Positions 41,049-50,832 of a DNA stretch of 64,000 nucleotides are shown here, one piece after another. The notes beneath the pieces are model-generated. The model had not been told where the DNA came from. It searched no databases and was given only the letters and a program-made list of their open reading frames with translations. The number at the start of each line of letters is the position of its first letter. Within the stretch, counting starts at the first letter, position 1. The stretch lies in the NCBI GenBank assembly GCA_964291285.2, contig OZ219787.1, positions 672,001 to 736,000 of the forward strand, given 5' to 3'. A program made the position numbers and the translations under genes. This DNA comes from Alphaproteobacteria bacterium. GTDB taxonomy: Bacteria > Pseudomonadota > Alphaproteobacteria > Bin95.

Positions 41049-41062
41049 TCCGACCGCAGGCA

Positions 41063-41106
41063 GAAAACAGCGCGAAGCCCCGCCCCGGCGGGGCTTCGTC
41101 GTTTTC
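41063..41106. terminator. Probable bidirectional terminator after glnA
   Basis: CGAAGCCCCGCC/GGCGGGGCTTCG stem flanked by GAAAAC and GTTTTC. Confidence 0.75.
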
Positions 41107-41121
41107 GGCACAGCCCTCCTC

Positions 41122-42651
41122 TCAGGGGTCCGGCTGTCCGGCCTCCAAGTCGCGGAGTTCGGTCTTCACGACCTTGCCGTAATTGTTCTTCGGCAGCGCC
41201 TCCACGAAGCGGTAGGCCTTGGGCCGCTTGAAGCGGGCCATGCTGTCGAGGCAGTGGCGGTCGAGCGCATCCGCGGCGGGCGCGCCGCCGGCGGCGACGA
41301 CATAGGCGATGACATTCTCGCCCCATTCCGGGTCCGGCCGGCCGATCACCGCCACCTCGCTCACGCCCGAATGGGTCAGCAGCACCTCCTCGATCTCGCG
41401 CGGATAGATGTTGGTGCCGCCCGAGATGATCATGTCCTTCGAGCGGTCCTTGAGCGTCACATAGCCTTCCTCGTCCACAATGCCGACATCGCCGGTGTGC
41501 AGCCAGCCGCCCAGCAAGGCCGCTTCCGTCGCTTCGGGGTTGTCCCAGTAGCCGTTCATCACGACCTCGCCGCGCACCTGTATCTCGCCGATCTCGCCGG
41601 GCGGCAGGGTGCGTTCGTCCCGGTCGGCGATCCGGACCTCGACATTGGAGAAGGCCCGCCCGGCCGAAGCCAGCCGCTCCTCGTAGCGGGGATGGTCCAC
41701 CTCCGCGATTTCCTCGCGGCGCAGGCTCGTGATCGTCATCGGGCATTCGCCCTGGCCGTAGATCTGGATGAGCTTCGGACCCCAGAGCTCGAAGGCCCGC
41801 TTGGCGTCGGCCACATACATCGGCCCGCCGCCATAGATGATGGAGCGCAGGTTCGCGACATCGGCGTTTCCGGCCGCCGGGTGGTCGATCAGGCGCTTCA
41901 CCATGGTCGGCGCGGCGAAGAAACTGCTGCCCCTGTAGTGGCGGATCAGCGCGAAGATCTCCTCCGGCTCGAAGCCGCCCTCCGGCACGACCTGCGGGCT
42001 CGCGCGCGCGACATGGGGAATGTTGTAGCAGCCGGAGCCGTGGCTGAGCGGCGCGGGATGCAGCGCGGCGTCGCCTTCGGCGATGTCGTCCACATCGGAG
42101 AAATAGCCGAGCGTGCAGTGCAGCAGGTTGCGGTGCGAGAGCGCGGCGCCCTTCGGCCGGCCGGTGGTGCCGCTGGTGTAGAACAGCCAGGCGTTGTCCG
42201 TCGGCGCGACGTCCGCAAGCCCGACCCGCTCGCCTTCGTAAAGCGCCCGGAACTCCGCCTCGCCGGTGACGACCATCCGTTCCACATTCTCCAGGCCCTC
42301 GCAGACGGGCGCGAGCGCGTCCGCCAGGTCCGGCGTAACGGCCGCGAAGCGGGCGCCGGAATTCTCGAAGATGTAGGCGAATTCGTTCGGGTGGAGGCGG
42401 GCATTGACCGGCACGGCGCAGAGGCCCGCATGCCAGATGCCGTAAAGCAGTTCGAGGAATTCGGGGCAGTTCTTCATCGCGATCGCCACGCGGTCGCCCG
42501 GCCGCAGGCCCGCAGCCAGCAGCGAGCCGGCGATGGCGGCGGTGCGGTCCGCCAGCGTGCGGTAGTCGGCATGGGGCGCGAAGCCCTTCGCCAGCGCGAG
42601 ATTGTCCGGCCTCGCGCGGGCGGAGCGGATTATCAGGGCGGCAAGGTTCAT
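41122..42651 (-). CDS. AMP-dependent acyl-CoA synthetase
   Basis: YTSGTTGRPKG, YGQGE, HTGD, DRSKDMIISGG, PKNNYGK. Confidence 0.92.
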   Translation of the reverse strand: MNLAALIIRSARARPDNLALAKGFAPHADYRTLADRTAAIAGSLLAAGLRPGDRVAIAMKNCPEFLELLYGIWHAGLCAVPVNARLHPNEFAYIFENSGARFAAVTPDLADALAPVCEGLENVERMVVTGEAEFRALYEGERVGLADVAPTDNAWLFYTSGTTGRPKGAALSHRNLLHCTLGYFSDVDDIAEGDAALHPAPLSHGSGCYNIPHVARASPQVVPEGGFEPEEIFALIRHYRGSSFFAAPTMVKRLIDHPAAGNADVANLRSIIYGGGPMYVADAKRAFELWGPKLIQIYGQGECPMTITSLRREEIAEVDHPRYEERLASAGRAFSNVEVRIADRDERTLPPGEIGEIQVRGEVVMNGYWDNPEATEAALLGGWLHTGDVGIVDEEGYVTLKDRSKDMIISGGTNIYPREIEEVLLTHSGVSEVAVIGRPDPEWGENVIAYVVAAGGAPAADALDRHCLDSMARFKRPKAYRFVEALPKNNYGKVVKTELRDLEAGQPDP

Positions 42652-42733
42652 CCGGGGCCTCCGGCAAGGGTCCGCCGCCAGTCAAGCAAGCCCCGGCCCC
42701 TCACCGCAAGCCCCGGCTGCGCGCCCGGCGTCC

Positions 42734-43861
42734 TCAGCCGACCCCGAAGCGCAACAGCCTGCCCTCGGCGAGCACGGCAACGGGGCGGGGCACGGGCCCG
42801 GCGGGATCGACCAGAAGGATATCCGCTCGCGCCCCTTCGGTGAGCGTTCCCCGGTCGTCCAGCCCCGCCGCGCGGGCCGGGTTCGCGGAGACCAGCGGCC
42901 AGGCGTCCTCCAGCGCGAGGATGCCCTGTTCGGCCAGGCGGAACGGCGCCAGCAGCATGGCGGGATAGTAGTAGTCCGACGCGAGCACCGTGCAGAGGCC
43001 CTCGCGGACCATGTCGGCCGCTCCGGGACAGCCGGTGTGGCTGCCGCCCCGCAGCACGTTGGGCGCACCGAACACGACCGCCTCCCCTGCCGCAGCCGCT
43101 TCGCGCGCCACCGGCACGATCTCCGGGAACTCGGAAATCAGCGCGCCCAGGCTGCGGTAAAGGCTGCGGTCTTCGAGCGTCTCCTCGTCATGGGCGAGCC
43201 GGACGACGCCCGCCGCTTCCGCCGCCGCCGCAATCCGCCGCATGGCCGCGGGAACCTCGGGGGCCCCTTTCCGCACGTCCTCCAGCAGGTCGAGAAAGGC
43301 GGCGTGCGCGAGCCCCGCGCGCTCGGCATATTTCCCGATCTTCTCAGCGTCGCGGCACTGCTCGTAGATCTCCTCGAAATGGTCGTTGAAGGCGAGGAGA
43401 TCGACTTTCCCCGCTTCCATCCACTCGCAGAGCTCGTTCACCGCGCCCAGATTCCAGGTCTCGATGCGCAGGTGCAGGCGGGTGTCCACGACGAGGCGGC
43501 CTTCCAGCGCCTCCAGCGCCGCCATCAGCGCCACCAGCGTGCCGCGTCCCCGCAGCCCCGGCTCCCAGGACCATGTGACCGCGTGGTAGGCCGTGGTGAT
43601 GCCGTTGGCCGCCATCTGCCGGTCGGTGTCGAGCAGCGCCACGTCCAGCGGGAAATGGACGCCGGGGCGCGGCATGATCTGGCGTTCGAAGGCGTCGCCG
43701 TGGATATCCACGATTCCCGGCAGCACCAGAAGCCCGGCGGCGTCCAGAACCTCTCCGCTTGCGCCGCCGTCGGCAACGATCCGCCCGCCGGCGACGGCGA
43801 GGTCGCGCCGCTCGAAGCCGCCTTCCGGCGCCAGGACCCGTCCGCCGGAGATCGTCAGCAA
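42734..43861 (-). CDS. phnM: PhnM-like amidohydrolase (alpha-D-ribose 1-methylphosphonate 5-triphosphate diphosphatase family)
   Basis: PGIVDIHGDAFE, GITTAYHA, FNDH, GAPNVLRGGSH, LASDY; TTG start coupled to upstream stop. Confidence 0.82.
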   Translation of the reverse strand: MLTISGGRVLAPEGGFERRDLAVAGGRIVADGGASGEVLDAAGLLVLPGIVDIHGDAFERQIMPRPGVHFPLDVALLDTDRQMAANGITTAYHAVTWSWEPGLRGRGTLVALMAALEALEGRLVVDTRLHLRIETWNLGAVNELCEWMEAGKVDLLAFNDHFEEIYEQCRDAEKIGKYAERAGLAHAAFLDLLEDVRKGAPEVPAAMRRIAAAAEAAGVVRLAHDEETLEDRSLYRSLGALISEFPEIVPVAREAAAAGEAVVFGAPNVLRGGSHTGCPGAADMVREGLCTVLASDYYYPAMLLAPFRLAEQGILALEDAWPLVSANPARAAGLDDRGTLTEGARADILLVDPAGPVPRPVAVLAEGRLLRFGVG

Positions 43862-44724
43862 GCGCCGGCCGCCTCCCTGAAGCGCCCGAGGGCCTGGATG
43901 CGCTCGTCCACCGACTCGACCCGGTAGAGGGGGTAGAGCGTCAGCAGGCTTGCGCCGAGCCCACGCCAGCCCTCGGCAGCAGCGGCCCATTTCTGCACGT
44001 CGGGCGAAGAGGCGCGCAGCCAGGCGTCGATACCGAACGAAGCCGGGTCGCGGCCTTCCGCTTCCAGCAGCCCGTGCAGGGTCTCCACGAGCCGCTTGCC
44101 GCTGTCGTCCGGGCGCGCGATGGGAATCCAGCCGTCGCCCATCCTCGCTGCCCGGCGCAGCACGGCCGGATGCGTACCGCCGAACCAGACCGGGATCGGC
44201 CGCTGCACCGGCAGGGGATTGAGCCCGGCGTCGGCGAAGCCGTGCCAGCGGCCCCCGGTCGTCACCAGCTCCTCGGTCCAGAGCCGGCGCATCAGGGCCA
44301 CCTGCTCCGTCTGCCGGGCGCCGCGCGTCTCCCAGTCCTCGTTCAGCGCCTCGTATTCGACGAAGTTCCACCCGGTGCCGATGCCGAGCCGGAGCCGCCC
44401 GCCGGAGAGGATATCGACCTCCGCCGCCTGCTTGGCGACCAGCGCCGTCTGGCGCTGCGGCAGGATCAGCACGCCCGAGGCCAGCCCGATTCGCGTCGTG
44501 CAGGCGGCAAGGTAACCCATCGTGACGAAGGTCTCGTGGAACTGGTCCCGGTGGGTGTAGGGCGGCTTCCAGCCTTCGCGCGAGGCCGGGTCGGCGCCCA
44601 GCACATGGTCGGGCACGGTGATCCAGTCATAGCCCAGCTCTTCGGCCGCCTGCGCCCAGTCGCGTATCGCGGCGAAGTCGGAGCCGAAATCCCTGGTCGG
44701 AAAAAAGGCGCAAAGCCCGGCCAT
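43855..44724 (-). CDS. LLM-class oxidoreductase, F420-dependent type
   Basis: PDHVLG, LILPQRQTALVAKQAAEVD, GWNFVEY. Confidence 0.85.
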   Translation of the reverse strand: MAGLCAFFPTRDFGSDFAAIRDWAQAAEELGYDWITVPDHVLGADPASREGWKPPYTHRDQFHETFVTMGYLAACTTRIGLASGVLILPQRQTALVAKQAAEVDILSGGRLRLGIGTGWNFVEYEALNEDWETRGARQTEQVALMRRLWTEELVTTGGRWHGFADAGLNPLPVQRPIPVWFGGTHPAVLRRAARMGDGWIPIARPDDSGKRLVETLHGLLEAEGRDPASFGIDAWLRASSPDVQKWAAAAEGWRGLGASLLTLYPLYRVESVDERIQALGRFREAAGAC

Positions 44725-44910
44725 CGTTCATTCCCGTTGCTTCGGAGCCGCCAGTATAGAGCGGCCCGGCGGGGCGCGCCTTCAACTTTACGCGCCTGCC
44801 TTGCGTCCCTCGGGAACGATACCGGCATCCAAACCTCTCCGTTGACCGAGGATGCCCCACCCCGCCGCGATTGCTGCCATAATGGCGGTGACGGGACGGG
44901 AGGGAGACTC

Positions 44911-45681
44911 ATGGGCGTGCTGGACGGCAGGGCGATTCTGATTACGGGGGCGGCTTCCGGCATCGGGCGGGCGACGGCGATTGCCGCAGCCGCTGCGGGC
45001 GCTTCGGTGCTGGCGACCGATATCGACGAGGCGGGCGGGCGCGAGACCGCAGAGCGCACCGGCGGGCGCTTCATGCCCCAGGACGTGACCGACGAGGCGC
45101 GCTGGCGGGAGGTCGCCGCCGAAGCGGGGCCGCTGCACGGGCTGGTCAACAATGCCGGCATCGCCATCGTGCGCCCGCTGCTGGAGACCAGCCTCGAGGA
45201 CTGGCGCAGGCAGCAGGCGGTGAATGTCGAGGGCGTCTTCCTCGGCGTGAAGCACATCCTGCCGGTCATCCGCGATTCGGGCGGCGGCTCGATCGTCAAC
45301 CTCTCCTCGGTCGCCGGCCTGCGCGGCAACAGCGTCGGCCTTTCCTGCTACAGCGCGACCAAGGGCGCCGTGTGCCTGTTCACCAAGTCGGCCGCGCTGG
45401 AGAGCGCCCGGCGCGGCTGGAACGTGCGCGTGAACTCGGTCCATCCCGGCATCATCGACACGCCGATCTGGGACCGGATGGCGGAGAGCGGCCCCTCGCC
45501 CTTCAACGACCCGACCGCCTCCACCGACCCCGTGGAACGCGCCGCCAGCCGGGTTCCGGGCGGACAGCCCGGCAGGCCGGAGCATATCGCGGACGGCATC
45601 GTGTTCCTGCTTTCCGACGCCTCCACCCACATGACGGGCTCGGAGCTCGTCATCGACCACGGCATGACCGCCGGCACCTGA
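44911..45681 (+). CDS. Short-chain dehydrogenase/reductase
   Basis: TGAASGIG, NNAGI, YSATKG, VNSVHPG. Confidence 0.9.
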   Translation: MGVLDGRAILITGAASGIGRATAIAAAAAGASVLATDIDEAGGRETAERTGGRFMPQDVTDEARWREVAAEAGPLHGLVNNAGIAIVRPLLETSLEDWRRQQAVNVEGVFLGVKHILPVIRDSGGGSIVNLSSVAGLRGNSVGLSCYSATKGAVCLFTKSAALESARRGWNVRVNSVHPGIIDTPIWDRMAESGPSPFNDPTASTDPVERAASRVPGGQPGRPEHIADGIVFLLSDASTHMTGSELVIDHGMTAGT

Positions 45682-45710
45682 CAATCCCGACCCGGAAGGC
45701 CCGACCGACG

Positions 45711-46757
45711 ATGCGCATCCTGACGACCCTGCCGCAGAACGACCTGAACGAAGTGCCGGCGGCGGCCGCTGCGGCCGAGGCTGCCGGTTTCGACGGCGCG
45801 CTCACCATGGAGAACCGCCACGACCCGTTCCTGGCGCTCGGCGTCGCCGCGACCGCGACGGAAAAGCTGGCGCTCGGCACCGCGGTCGCCATCGCCTTCC
45901 CGCGCAGCCCGATGGTGGTGGCGAACGCCTGCTGGGACCTGCAGACCGCCTCGAAGGGCCGCTTCGCGCTCGGCATCGGGCCGCAGATCCGCCCGCACAA
46001 CGAGAAGCGCTTCTCGGTGCCCTGGACGGCGCCGGTGCCGCGGCTGCGCGAATATGTGCAGGCGCTCAGGGCGATCTGGCGGAGCTGGGAGACCGGCGAG
46101 CGGCTGCGCTTCGAGGGCGAGCACTACACCTTCACCCTGATGACGCCGAACTTCACCCCGGCATCGACGGGCCAGCCGATGGTGCCGGTCACCATCGCGG
46201 CGGTCGGCGACTATTCGCTCCGCCTTTCGGGCGAGGTGGCCGACGGGGTGCGGCTGCACGGCTTCTGCACGAGGCGCTACCTGGAGGACGTCTGCCTGCC
46301 GCGCATCGCCGAGGGCATGGCGCGGACGGGGCGCAGGCGCGAGGACTTCGAGGTGACAGGCGGCGGCTTCATCGCCACCGGCGCGAACGACGAGGAAGTG
46401 GAGAAGGCCGTCGAGTGGGTGCGCTACCGCGTCGCCTTCTACGGCTCGACGCCGGGCTACTGGCCGGTGCTGGACCTGCACGATCTCGGCGACCTCGGGC
46501 GCAAGCTCAACCGCATGACCAAGGAGGGCGCCTGGGACCGGATCGCCGCCGAGGTCGATGACGACACGGTGCGCCTGTTCGCCGCCGTCGGCCGGCACGA
46601 CGAGCTTGCGGACGCAGTGGAGGAGCGCTTCGGCGGGGCGGCGGACGCCATCTATGCCAGCCTTTCCATGGACATGCGCCCGGACATCCCGTCCGACGTG
46701 ATCCAGGACATCCGCCGCCTGCCCACCGCCTTCAAGGGCTATGCCACGGCCTGGTGA
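45711..46757 (+). CDS. LLM-class F420-dependent oxidoreductase
   Basis: ENRHDPF, AIAFPRSPM, GRFALGIGPQ, FYGSTPGY. Confidence 0.82.
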   Translation: MRILTTLPQNDLNEVPAAAAAAEAAGFDGALTMENRHDPFLALGVAATATEKLALGTAVAIAFPRSPMVVANACWDLQTASKGRFALGIGPQIRPHNEKRFSVPWTAPVPRLREYVQALRAIWRSWETGERLRFEGEHYTFTLMTPNFTPASTGQPMVPVTIAAVGDYSLRLSGEVADGVRLHGFCTRRYLEDVCLPRIAEGMARTGRRREDFEVTGGGFIATGANDEEVEKAVEWVRYRVAFYGSTPGYWPVLDLHDLGDLGRKLNRMTKEGAWDRIAAEVDDDTVRLFAAVGRHDELADAVEERFGGAADAIYASLSMDMRPDIPSDVIQDIRRLPTAFKGYATAW

Positions 46758-48603
46758 CATCGGCGCGGTTTCCGCCGGTCCCTCCGCGGGACGGGGTGGA
46801 CGGAGCCGGCGGCTCTCGCTTTCCTGGCTTCTGGCGCTCAGTTTCGGCTCGCTGATCGCGGTCTCGATCCTCGTGGTGCTCGGCTTCGCCGTCTATGGCG
46901 CGGCCCGCAACACGGTGGACCTGTTGCGCGACCGGGCCGACCTCGGGATCGGGGCGCTGACCCGGGAGGTCGAGGGCCTGCTCGAATCGGCGGGCAACCA
47001 GGCCGGTTTCGTGGCGCGGGCGCTGGAGACCGGCCAGGCCGACCCCGGGAACCCGGAGCAGTTGACGGCGCTGCTGTTCGGCGCCATGGCCGCCGATCCC
47101 GCCATCGGCGCTCTCGCCTTTATGGGGGCCGACGGGCGGACGCTCATAGCCGAGAGAACGGAGACCTTGGCGAAGATACGGACTCCGGACTTCTCCAAGG
47201 ACCGGGCGGCGCAGGCCGCGCTCCGCTACGGCCGGGCGAACCGGAAGCCCGTCTGGGTGCCGCCGATCTACCGGCCGGACTACGATTCGTCCGTCCTTAC
47301 CCTCCAGATTCCCATCTACAGGAACGACCGGTTCGAGGGCATGCTGGCGGCGGTGCTGGGCATGAGGGCGCTGTCCGAGTTCCTCGAGCAACTGAGCACC
47401 GGCAGCGCGCCGAACACCTTCGTCCTCTACGGCAAGGACCGGGTACTGGCCCACCGCCTGATGGCGGCGGGCTATCCGGACCTGTCGCTGGAGAAACCGT
47501 TGCCCGAGCTTGCCGGGTTCGGAGACCCGGTGCTGGCCCGCATGTGGGACGAACACTGGATGCGAAGGTCCGGCATCCCACCGCGCCCGCCGCTGCAAAG
47601 CCATCTGGTGGAACTGGCGGGGACGCAGTACCTGTTCCTTTACCGCCAGCTCGACTCCTATACCGCGACGCCGCTCATCCTGGGGGCCTATTTCGATACC
47701 GACGTCATCAGCAGCGAGATAAACCGCCTGCTCAATTCCATGATCGTCGGCTTCGCTGCCCTGGTGCTTGCGGTCCTGCTGGCGCTGTTCATCGGCCGGC
47801 GTCTCTCGCGCCCCGTGCGGCGCCTGTCCTCGGTCGCGCGCCTGATCGGCGAACTCCGGCTGGACGATATCCGCGACCTGCCGGCGAGCCGGGTGCGCGA
47901 GCTCGACGAGCAGTCGAACGCCTTCAACTCGATGACGGGCGCGCTGCGCTGGTTCCAGGCCTATGTGCCGCGCTCGCTGGTCCATCAGCTCATGCGGGAA
48001 GGCGACCTCGCCTCGCTCGCTTCCGACCGGCGCAATGTCACCGTGATGTTCAGCGATATCGCCGGCTACTCGACGATCTCGGAAGGCAAGAGCGCGGCGG
48101 AAGTCGCGGACCTGCTGAACCGCCATTTCGACATACTGACCAGCGCCATCGAGGCGGAAGGCGGCACAGTGGACAAGTTCATCGGCGACAGCGTGATGGC
48201 CTTCTGGGGCGCGCCGGAGAAGCAGAAGAACCGCGCCGTCCGCGCCTGCCGGGCGGCGCTCGCCATCCGGGACGGCATCGCCGCCGACAACCGCGAGCGC
48301 GAAGCCCGCGGCGAGCCGCCCGTCCGCGTGCGCCTCGGCATCCATTCCGGGCAGGCGACCGCGGGCAATATCGGCACGCCCAGCCGGGTCAACTACACGG
48401 TCATCGGCGACGATGTGAACATCGCGCAGCGGCTGGAGCAGCTCGGCAAGGAGGTGTCGCCCGACGCCGGGGTCGCCATCACCGTTAGCGCCTCGACGGT
48501 GGCCGACCTGGACGGGCTGTTCGAGGTGGAGCCGGTCGGCGAGATGGAGGTCAAGGGCCGCGCCGCGCCCGTCGCCGTCTACCGGCTTGTCGGCACGGCA
48601 TAG
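46741..48603 (+). CDS. Membrane adenylate/guanylate cyclase (sensor domain, HAMP, class III cyclase)
   Basis: Two TM helices; VMFSDIAGYS, DKFIGDSVMA, YTVIGDDVNIAQRLE. Confidence 0.9.
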   Translation: MPRPGDIGAVSAGPSAGRGGRSRRLSLSWLLALSFGSLIAVSILVVLGFAVYGAARNTVDLLRDRADLGIGALTREVEGLLESAGNQAGFVARALETGQADPGNPEQLTALLFGAMAADPAIGALAFMGADGRTLIAERTETLAKIRTPDFSKDRAAQAALRYGRANRKPVWVPPIYRPDYDSSVLTLQIPIYRNDRFEGMLAAVLGMRALSEFLEQLSTGSAPNTFVLYGKDRVLAHRLMAAGYPDLSLEKPLPELAGFGDPVLARMWDEHWMRRSGIPPRPPLQSHLVELAGTQYLFLYRQLDSYTATPLILGAYFDTDVISSEINRLLNSMIVGFAALVLAVLLALFIGRRLSRPVRRLSSVARLIGELRLDDIRDLPASRVRELDEQSNAFNSMTGALRWFQAYVPRSLVHQLMREGDLASLASDRRNVTVMFSDIAGYSTISEGKSAAEVADLLNRHFDILTSAIEAEGGTVDKFIGDSVMAFWGAPEKQKNRAVRACRAALAIRDGIAADNREREARGEPPVRVRLGIHSGQATAGNIGTPSRVNYTVIGDDVNIAQRLEQLGKEVSPDAGVAITVSASTVADLDGLFEVEPVGEMEVKGRAAPVAVYRLVGTA

Positions 48604-48678
48604 CGGCTATCGCTTCCCTCGCCCTGCAATCGCTGCGATAAAGTCCCGACGACGGATGAAGGACAGGGAACGGAACCC

Positions 48679-48849
48679 ATGCCCGACGATCTTGCGGATA
48701 TCCGCAGCCATATCGGCAACCGGCACTCGGATGCCGATGTCGCGACGGCGGCTCCCGTGCTGCTGTTCCAGAAGACGCTCGGGCGCCGCGACCTGGAGCC
48801 GGAGGACGGCGCGGCGATCCCGCCCGGCTGGCACATGCTCCTGTCCTAG
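48679..48849 (+). pseudogene. Truncated 5' end of a MaoC/FAS1-like (HTD2 / mesaconyl-CoA hydratase-type) dehydratase
   Basis: Manual translation MPDDLADIRSHIGNRHSDADVAT...GAAIPPGWHMLLS*; stops just after the PPGWH motif where foreign-looking DNA begins. Confidence 0.6.
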
Positions 48850-48924
48850 CCACCACACCCGGCAGGCAATCAGCCTTTGGAGCCGGAGAATTGTGCTTGG
48901 CTAGCTTCATACAGTCAAGGGTTT

Positions 48925-49035
48925 AAAGAAAGCGGGCAGCGGAAGGCGAATTCCGCTGCCCGATCTTAGCCCGAAAATCGGACTGTAGCCTCAGTCCCCA
49001 CAAGCGCGTCAGGAACCTTCCGAAGCCATCATCAA
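48925..49035 (-). ncRNA. Candidate counter-transcribed antisense RNA upstream of repC
   Basis: Minus-strand TTGACT(49070-65)-N17-TACCTT(49047-42); 12-bp stem 48933-48962 followed by U-rich tail. Confidence 0.55.
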
Positions 49036-49128
49036 GCTCGGAAGGTAACCCCCCCGGTCTGCCTAGTCAAGCCGGGAAAGCGAAAAAAGTGGGGATCGAG
49101 GCATGGACGACGCCGAGCGTCAAAAATC

Positions 49129-50832
49129 ATGCAAGATCAAGGCACTACAGACCGCCTCAGAGGCGGCGACACCCCGCACGGCCCCTACCCAACAGGGTGC
49201 CGAATCCACAAACCCGAATACGACGCGGCTCGAGATGCCGCCGAGGCCTGGACCGGCCGGGAAGGCGGACTCGACCATTGGGCTCTTCTTGCTCTCCTCC
49301 AGGAGAACCAGCGCGTCAGGGAGCGCTTCGGCTTGAGGTCTCTCCACGTCGATTATCTCCGCGTGTCGTTCAAGAAGCTGCGCCGGGACGACTTCGAGCC
49401 GGGCGACTGCCCTCCCAGCGTCTGGATGAGCAAACGCAAGCTTGCCAGGAAACTGGGCGTCAGCCTGAGAACCGTCTCCAACATCGAGAAGGATCTCGCC
49501 CGGGCCGGTCTCCTCTACTGGAGCGACACGGCCAGCCGGCGCCGCGACGGCAAGCGCAGCAAGCAGGACAGCCGCATCAAATGGGCCCATGGCGTGACCT
49601 TCGCCCCTTTCGCCGCCAACGCCCAGGAAATCGAGGACGCAGCGAGCCAGGCTGAGGAGGAGGACATCGAAGGCGAGGGCCTGGTCCACGAGATCGCCAC
49701 AATCCGCTGCCATACCCGCATCATTCTAAAGGCAGCGCTTCGCTTCGACGAGGCGTCCGCAGCCGTGCTCCAGCCGCTTCTTGCCCGTGTCCTGGCGCTT
49801 CCGGACGCGAAGGGCATGGGCGGTTCCGACATCCACAGCCTCCGCTCCCTTGCGGTTGAGGCGCGGCATATCAAGAAGCAGGCCCGCGCGCTCACGGAAC
49901 CGGCCCTGGATGCCGTCAAACTGCCGACCGTGGAGGAGGTCGAGCCCCCTGAGTCGGCTTCGCCGGAACACCGGAAAGATGCTGAAATTTTCACCCTGGG
50001 GTACCCTCCGACGACAGGGTCCAATTCAATTACACACCAATTCCAAGAGAACACTCTTGTAGCGGCAGACCCACCGGCAGCGCCTTCCCCGCCCCCACCG
50101 AAACCGCCTGCCGCCCGCCTTTCGCCGGAAGGGGGAACCGGTAGTCCTGCGATCCTCGGCCGGTCGCCGGTCTCCGGAGGGCCGCCGGCGTGGCTCATCC
50201 TAGACTCCCTGAGCCCCCGTCTGGGCCGCTTCCTCCCGCCCGGCCGGCCTCCCACGGCCGACGATTTCTTCGAGGCCGCCAACATGACTCGCAGCGAGCT
50301 CGGGATATCCCCCGAAGCCTGGCGCGAGGCCTGCACCGCCCTGTCGCCCGCCTGGGCACTCATGGCGGTCGTCATCGTCGCCTCGCGGCACGATGTCGGC
50401 GAAATCCACACCAGCGCCGGCGGCTATTTCCGGAAGCTGATGGAGCGGGCCCGGCAGGGAACTCTCAACCTTGCCGGCTCGTTGTGGGGCGTGATCGAGC
50501 GCAGCGAGCAACTTCACGTCGCCCGGGTCGCGCCCGCAACAGAAGGAGAACCTTCCATCCCCGGTCCGGACCCGGGCCTTCAATCCTTGCCGTTGCGGGT
50601 CGGCGGGCGGCAGGCCGACCAGGCCACCATGGCAGCCATGTGCCGGACCGCCGCGGACCCGCAAGCCCTTCTCCTCGCCTGGAGCGAGCTGGTCGCCCGA
50701 TACCGCTGCTGGCCGTATCTCGATGAAGTCGAGCGCCTCTACGAACAACTCCTTGCGCCGCAAGCAACCGTCCGCGCCGGGCGGGACAACCGCCGCGCAG
50801 TCGAAAGCGACCCGGAGCCGCACCATGCCTGA
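49129..50832 (+). CDS. repC: Plasmid replication initiator RepC (repABC-type)
   Basis: N-terminal VWMS..LARKLGVSLRTV..LARAGLL..D....G..HGVTFAPF; C-terminal LGISPEAWREAC..IHTSAGGYFRKL..ARQG.LNL. Confidence 0.8.
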   Translation: MQDQGTTDRLRGGDTPHGPYPTGCRIHKPEYDAARDAAEAWTGREGGLDHWALLALLQENQRVRERFGLRSLHVDYLRVSFKKLRRDDFEPGDCPPSVWMSKRKLARKLGVSLRTVSNIEKDLARAGLLYWSDTASRRRDGKRSKQDSRIKWAHGVTFAPFAANAQEIEDAASQAEEEDIEGEGLVHEIATIRCHTRIILKAALRFDEASAAVLQPLLARVLALPDAKGMGGSDIHSLRSLAVEARHIKKQARALTEPALDAVKLPTVEEVEPPESASPEHRKDAEIFTLGYPPTTGSNSITHQFQENTLVAADPPAAPSPPPPKPPAARLSPEGGTGSPAILGRSPVSGGPPAWLILDSLSPRLGRFLPPGRPPTADDFFEAANMTRSELGISPEAWREACTALSPAWALMAVVIVASRHDVGEIHTSAGGYFRKLMERARQGTLNLAGSLWGVIERSEQLHVARVAPATEGEPSIPGPDPGLQSLPLRVGGRQADQATMAAMCRTAADPQALLLAWSELVARYRCWPYLDEVERLYEQLLAPQATVRAGRDNRRAVESDPEPHHA

